From: Thermogemmata fonticola
Lineage (GTDB): Bacteria > Planctomycetota > Planctomycetia > Gemmatales > Gemmataceae
Reading direction: 5' to 3'
Length of the DNA: 64,000 nucleotides
NCBI RefSeq assembly: GCF_013694095.1
Contig: NZ_JACEFB010000004.1
Location: forward strand, 97,638 to 161,637
This document shows, in pieces, positions 60,462-64,000 of this stretch (positions are counted from its first letter, which is position 1; each line of letters begins with the position of its first letter). The position numbers were made by a program, and so were the translations under genes. The notes beneath the pieces were generated by a model. It saw nothing but the letters and a program-made list of their open reading frames with translations. It was not told where the DNA came from and searched no databases.

Positions 60462-61298
60462 TTGTCGGCCCACACGCATAGCTCAGTGCTCAAGCACCAC
60501 TTCGATCACCTCGAGCAGCAGCATGCCTCAGAACGACTGGGGATGTGGATGTTTTTGGCCACGGAGATTCTCTTCTTCGGCGGCCTGTTCGGAGCCTATA
60601 CGGTCTACCGGCTCTACTACCCCACCGAGTTCGAGTTTGCCAGCTCCAAGCTCAACCGGGTGATTGCGACGATCAACACGCTGTTTTTGATCACCAGCAG
60701 CATGACCATCACCTTCGGCATCCGGGCGGCGAAGCTGGGGGACCGCGCGGGGTTGATCCGCTATCTGGTGCTGACCCTGCTTTTGGGCGGGGCCTTCATG
60801 GTGATGAAGGGGTTCGAGTACAACGCGGACTTTGAGGAGCGTTACGTCCCCGGCACGCTCTTCCGCAGCGAATACAATGCGGCCTTCGAGGCGGTCTTTC
60901 CGACCAGCCCGCTGCAACCGCCGCTGAGCAAGGAACAGGCCAAAGCTTACTTCGAGCAGGATGCCCAGAGCGCCCACCCCAAGCATCAGCACTGGGCTGC
61001 CGAGCTGGTTCTGCTCAACTACGGCAAGAGCACCAAGGACCCCGACTACATCGATCCGGGCAAGGTCCAGCTCTTCCTGAGCTTTTACTACATCATGACT
61101 GGCATCCACGGCATCCACATTCTGGTCGGCCTGGGATGCATTGTGTGGCTGATCATCGAAGCCGCCCGCGGCGCCATCCCGCCCGAAAACTACTCCACCG
61201 TAGAAGTCGTCAGCCTCTACTGGCACCTGGTGGACGGCATCTGGCTCTTCCTCATGCCGCTGCTGTACCTGGCCGGAGCCGGATGGGCAGGCCACTAA
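60462..61298 (+). CDS. coxC: Cytochrome c oxidase subunit III
   Basis: 'HHFDHLEQQHASERLGMWMFLATEILFFGGLF' conserved N-terminal block. Probable TTG start at 60462, 6 nt after 'aaggaga'. An ATG at 60540 is the alternative. Confidence 0.75.
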   Translation: MSAHTHSSVLKHHFDHLEQQHASERLGMWMFLATEILFFGGLFGAYTVYRLYYPTEFEFASSKLNRVIATINTLFLITSSMTITFGIRAAKLGDRAGLIRYLVLTLLLGGAFMVMKGFEYNADFEERYVPGTLFRSEYNAAFEAVFPTSPLQPPLSKEQAKAYFEQDAQSAHPKHQHWAAELVLLNYGKSTKDPDYIDPGKVQLFLSFYYIMTGIHGIHILVGLGCIVWLIIEAARGAIPPENYSTVEVVSLYWHLVDGIWLFLMPLLYLAGAGWAGH

Positions 61299-61364
61299 AA
61301 CGGAGGGGTTCCCCAAGATCATCGAAGGAAAACTGGTCAAACTCCACAGGCGAGGCGCAGGACT

Positions 61365-61700
61365 ATGGCTCACGAATCGCATCATCTCAAACCAGGAGCG
61401 CTGGAATTCGACCGGGAGACCGACAGCCCCAGCTTGCTGCTGGGCGTGTGGCTGGTCATCGTGTTGATGGCCTTGGCTTCGATCGGGCTTTCCAGTCTGG
61501 GACTAGGAAAGTATGCCCTGCCGGTGCAGCTCATCATCGCCTGCATACAAGCCGGTCTGGTGGCGTATTACTTCATGCACCTGCGGCAGAGCGACCGCGT
61601 CGTGATTCTGACAGCGCTGTCCTCGCTCTTCTGGATGGGCATCCTGTTCGTCCTGGTTCTGGCAGACTATCTGACCCGCACCCGGCATGTGGGGTGGTGA
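61365..61700 (+). CDS. Cytochrome c oxidase subunit IV (caa3-type small subunit)
   Basis: 111 aa, three TM helices, immediately downstream of coxC. 'HxxxxF' N-terminus typical of the CoxIV family. Confidence 0.55.
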   Translation: MAHESHHLKPGALEFDRETDSPSLLLGVWLVIVLMALASIGLSSLGLGKYALPVQLIIACIQAGLVAYYFMHLRQSDRVVILTALSSLFWMGILFVLVLADYLTRTRHVGW

Positions 61701-61905
61701 CGGCAGCGGGCGGCAGAAGTGGTGCGGGACGTTTATCAGAGCTGGGATCAAGCCGGGGGCAGCGGGCGCACCGGAGAAAGGGCGCCCGTTGTTGTTTCTC
61801 CCCGCAGCCGGGAAGAGCGAGCAGCTGAGAGCCTAGCGAACACCCGAAAGCAAACCAACGCTTGAAGTAGGGGGAAAGGGGAACGAGGGTTTCGGGGTCA
61901 AGCCG

Positions 61906-63162
61906 ATGATGGAGGTGCCAGCCAGGTCAGGGCAAGCGCGGGGGACGACGAGCGTATCCGCTTGCCCCGGTAGCCGAAATACCGGTGCTGGGCAGCGGCA
62001 GTTTCGTCGGTCAGGCCGCCTGACCCCCCTCGCACTGGCGCTGGTGATTCTGCTCTCCGGCTGCCAATCGTCTTCGGAGGAAACCGACTATGCCTTCCCC
62101 TCGCGGACGGATGCTTTGGTGCTCCGCCTGCCGTCTCAAGCACCGGATCAGCCGACCCAACCAGGCCAGTGGGAAGCGGAACTGGCAGCTCTGGCGGCTA
62201 AGGGAGGCCAGGTACTGTCTCCACTTCAGATTCCGGCGGATCAGCGAGCGGCGATCGATGCAGGCTTGCGGGAGTTGTTCGGCACACCCTCCCGGCCTCA
62301 TCTGGTGAGCCAACAGGCGGCAGTGCTGGAGCGCCTGGGGTTGAGCGAGGAGCGCCTGCGCCAGGGGGGGCAGTTGTATCGCCGCCATCGCTGCCTGCAA
62401 TGCCACAACTTGACGGGGGACGGGCGGGGACCTGCCGGGCAATGGGTCATCCCCTACCCGCGAGACTTCCGGCAGGGGGTGTTCAAATTCACAACTAGCG
62501 GCAACAGCAAACCCCGGCGGCAAGACCTGCTGCGCACCCTGCGGGAAGGCCTCAAAGGGACGGCCATGCCTTCCTTCGCCCTGCTGGCGGAGGCGGACCG
62601 GGACCTGCTGGCGAGTTACGTCACCTACTTGGCGATCCGAGGGCAGGTGGAGTTCGAGGCGCTCGTGGCCGTGGGTCAGGGTTCCGTACCGGAGATCGGA
62701 CCGTGGCTGGCCCAGCAGGCCGAAGTGGTGCTGCGGCAGTGGCAAGCCGCCGAAGAAGCTCCCCCGGTGCCTTCCCCTCCCGACGACGGCCCGCCCGGCT
62801 CCCCCCGCTATCAGGAGGCGGTGCAACGAGGCTTCGCCTTGTTCACCGCCGGAGGTGAAAACTCCTGCCAGAGCTGCCACGGGAACTTTGGCCGCCGCCC
62901 GCAGTTGCGTTATGAAGTTTGGGGAACCACGGCACGCCCGGCGAACCTGACGGAGCGCCCGCTCAAGAGCCAGCCACAGGCCGAGGATTTGTACGCCCGC
63001 ATCCGTTGGGGCATCCCCGCCGTGGGAATGCCGGCGCACCCGGAATACAGCGAGCGGCAGGTGTGGGATTTGGTCCGCCTGGTGCAGTCGCTGCCATTCC
63101 CGCGGGAGCTGCCGCCCCCGGTGCGCGCCGCCGTCTACCCAGAAAGTGGAGAGCTGCCATGA
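61906..63162 (+). CDS. Diheme c-type cytochrome lipoprotein
   Basis: Lipobox 'LLSGC'. Two heme motifs, 'CLQCHN' and 'CQSCHG'. ATG at 61906 or 61909; the true start may be further downstream. Confidence 0.6.
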   Translation: MMEVPARSGQARGTTSVSACPGSRNTGAGQRQFRRSGRLTPLALALVILLSGCQSSSEETDYAFPSRTDALVLRLPSQAPDQPTQPGQWEAELAALAAKGGQVLSPLQIPADQRAAIDAGLRELFGTPSRPHLVSQQAAVLERLGLSEERLRQGGQLYRRHRCLQCHNLTGDGRGPAGQWVIPYPRDFRQGVFKFTTSGNSKPRRQDLLRTLREGLKGTAMPSFALLAEADRDLLASYVTYLAIRGQVEFEALVAVGQGSVPEIGPWLAQQAEVVLRQWQAAEEAPPVPSPPDDGPPGSPRYQEAVQRGFALFTAGGENSCQSCHGNFGRRPQLRYEVWGTTARPANLTERPLKSQPQAEDLYARIRWGIPAVGMPAHPEYSERQVWDLVRLVQSLPFPRELPPPVRAAVYPESGELP

Positions 63163-64000
63163 ACCGCCTGGCATCCTCGCCAAGCGATCCCAGCGATTCC
63201 GTCCCAAGCTTGCCTAGCCTCCTGCGCGTCTGGGCCTGGCTGACCGTGGGGGCGACCTGCTGCCTATTGGCCCTGGGGCAACTCGTGACCAGCTTCCAGG
63301 CGGGCATGGCAGATCCCATCTGGCCCACCGAGCCGTGGTACCTGCTCCTGATCGACTGGCAAGAACCGAGTCCGGGTTATCTGATCGAGCACAGCCACCG
63401 GATCGCTGGCTTTCTAGTCGGCGGGCTGACAGCGGTCTTAGCTTTGGGGCTGTGGTGGACGCAGCCGCAGCGGTTCCTGCGTGGGGTGGGATTGGCGGCC
63501 CTGCTGCTGTTGCTGGCGGCCTACGGGCAGTTTCATGGCGCCTTAATGGCCCAACGGCATGTCACTCCGGAAGCGGTGCAGTGGCCGCGCTCAGCCACCG
63601 TGGGGTTATTGTTCGCCGGACTGCTGAGCCTTGCTTTGGGTCTGTGGGACGTGGGGCGCAGTCCGAGGGGTGCCGCCGTGCGCCTCTTGGGAATCCTGGC
63701 ACTGATGGCCGTGATGATCCAGGGACTGCTCGGCGGTTTCCGTGTGCTCTGGGATGCCCTGGCCGGGACCAACCTAGCGGCGATTCACGGCGTGTTCGCC
63801 CAATGCGTCCTGGGTCTTCTTGTGAGCGTAGCTTTGCTGGCCGGTGCTGTCCCCGCGCAGCGCCTGCCTTCGGGGAGCCTGGCCTTTTTCCGCCGCAGCG
63901 CCGTCCTGCTCGCCGTGCTGGTGTTTGTGCAGATCGCCCTGGGAGCATGGCTGCGGCATCACGTGAACCCTCTGGCCCAGCGGCTGCACGTGCTCACGGC
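63159..64000 (+). CDS. ctaA: Heme A synthase CtaA/COX15 (partial, runs off window end)
   Basis: ATG at 63159 overlapping the upstream stop (ATGA). Polytopic. 'HSHRIAGFLVG' and 'LRHHVNPL' His-containing helices typical of heme A synthase. Confidence 0.6.
   Translation, partial: MNRLASSPSDPSDSVPSLPSLLRVWAWLTVGATCCLLALGQLVTSFQAGMADPIWPTEPWYLLLIDWQEPSPGYLIEHSHRIAGFLVGGLTAVLALGLWWTQPQRFLRGVGLAALLLLLAAYGQFHGALMAQRHVTPEAVQWPRSATVGLLFAGLLSLALGLWDVGRSPRGAAVRLLGILALMAVMIQGLLGGFRVLWDALAGTNLAAIHGVFAQCVLGLLVSVALLAGAVPAQRLPSGSLAFFRRSAVLLAVLVFVQIALGAWLRHHVNPLAQRLHVLT

Overview
This is a high-GC (about 65-70%) window, almost entirely coding, with no rRNA, CRISPR array or recognisable transposase. Several gene families point to a Planctomycetota-like genome (inference): a DUF1549/DUF1553 'PSD1-like' protein, a PVC-type heme-binding CxxCH protein, an expanded Hsp70 paralog and a prenyltransferase/squalene-oxidase-repeat protein. 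I call one tRNA-Arg(TCG).

Left part (1-14.3 kb): Hsp70 paralog, AAG-like DNA glycosylase, PVC cytochrome-c/dehydrogenase-domain protein, DoxX, alpha/beta hydrolase, enolase-superfamily enzyme, an RcnA-like Ni/Co efflux permease carrying a His10+ loop and a fused N-terminal periplasmic domain, a prenyltransferase-repeat protein, and a GT39/ArnT-like glycosyltransferase.

Middle (14.5-33.6 kb), the accessory-looking stretch:
- A TadE-TadE-TadG(vWA, 965 aa) trio with no Tad pilus machinery.
- An ABC ATPase plus ABC-2 permease.
- A lipoprotein TolC-like outer-membrane factor, a long HlyD-type adaptor, and a MacB-type ATPase with no FtsX permease.
- A stand-alone DsbD-alpha paralog directly upstream of a complete DsbD.
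- A double zinc-ribbon membrane protein.
- A 1091-aa protein that fuses a complete CPC-type P1B heavy-metal ATPase to a C-terminal HflK/HflC-like SPFH (band-7) domain. I rank this as the most unusual object in the window.

Right part (33.8-64 kb): threonine dehydratase, an orphan PhoR-like histidine kinase, a DUF1549/1553 protein, tRNA-Arg, a UvrD-like helicase and asnS. Then a compact respiratory module: actA, actB, actC, actD, actE and actF (alternative complex III), a Pro-rich membrane protein, sco, coxB (caa3-type with fused cytochrome c), coxA, coxC and coxD, a diheme cytochrome c lipoprotein, and ctaA (truncated at the window end). Many of these genes are linked by GTGA/ATGA start-stop overlaps.

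The ACIII ActB subunit carries an unusual His-rich insertion, and the cox intergenic spacers contain short direct repeats.
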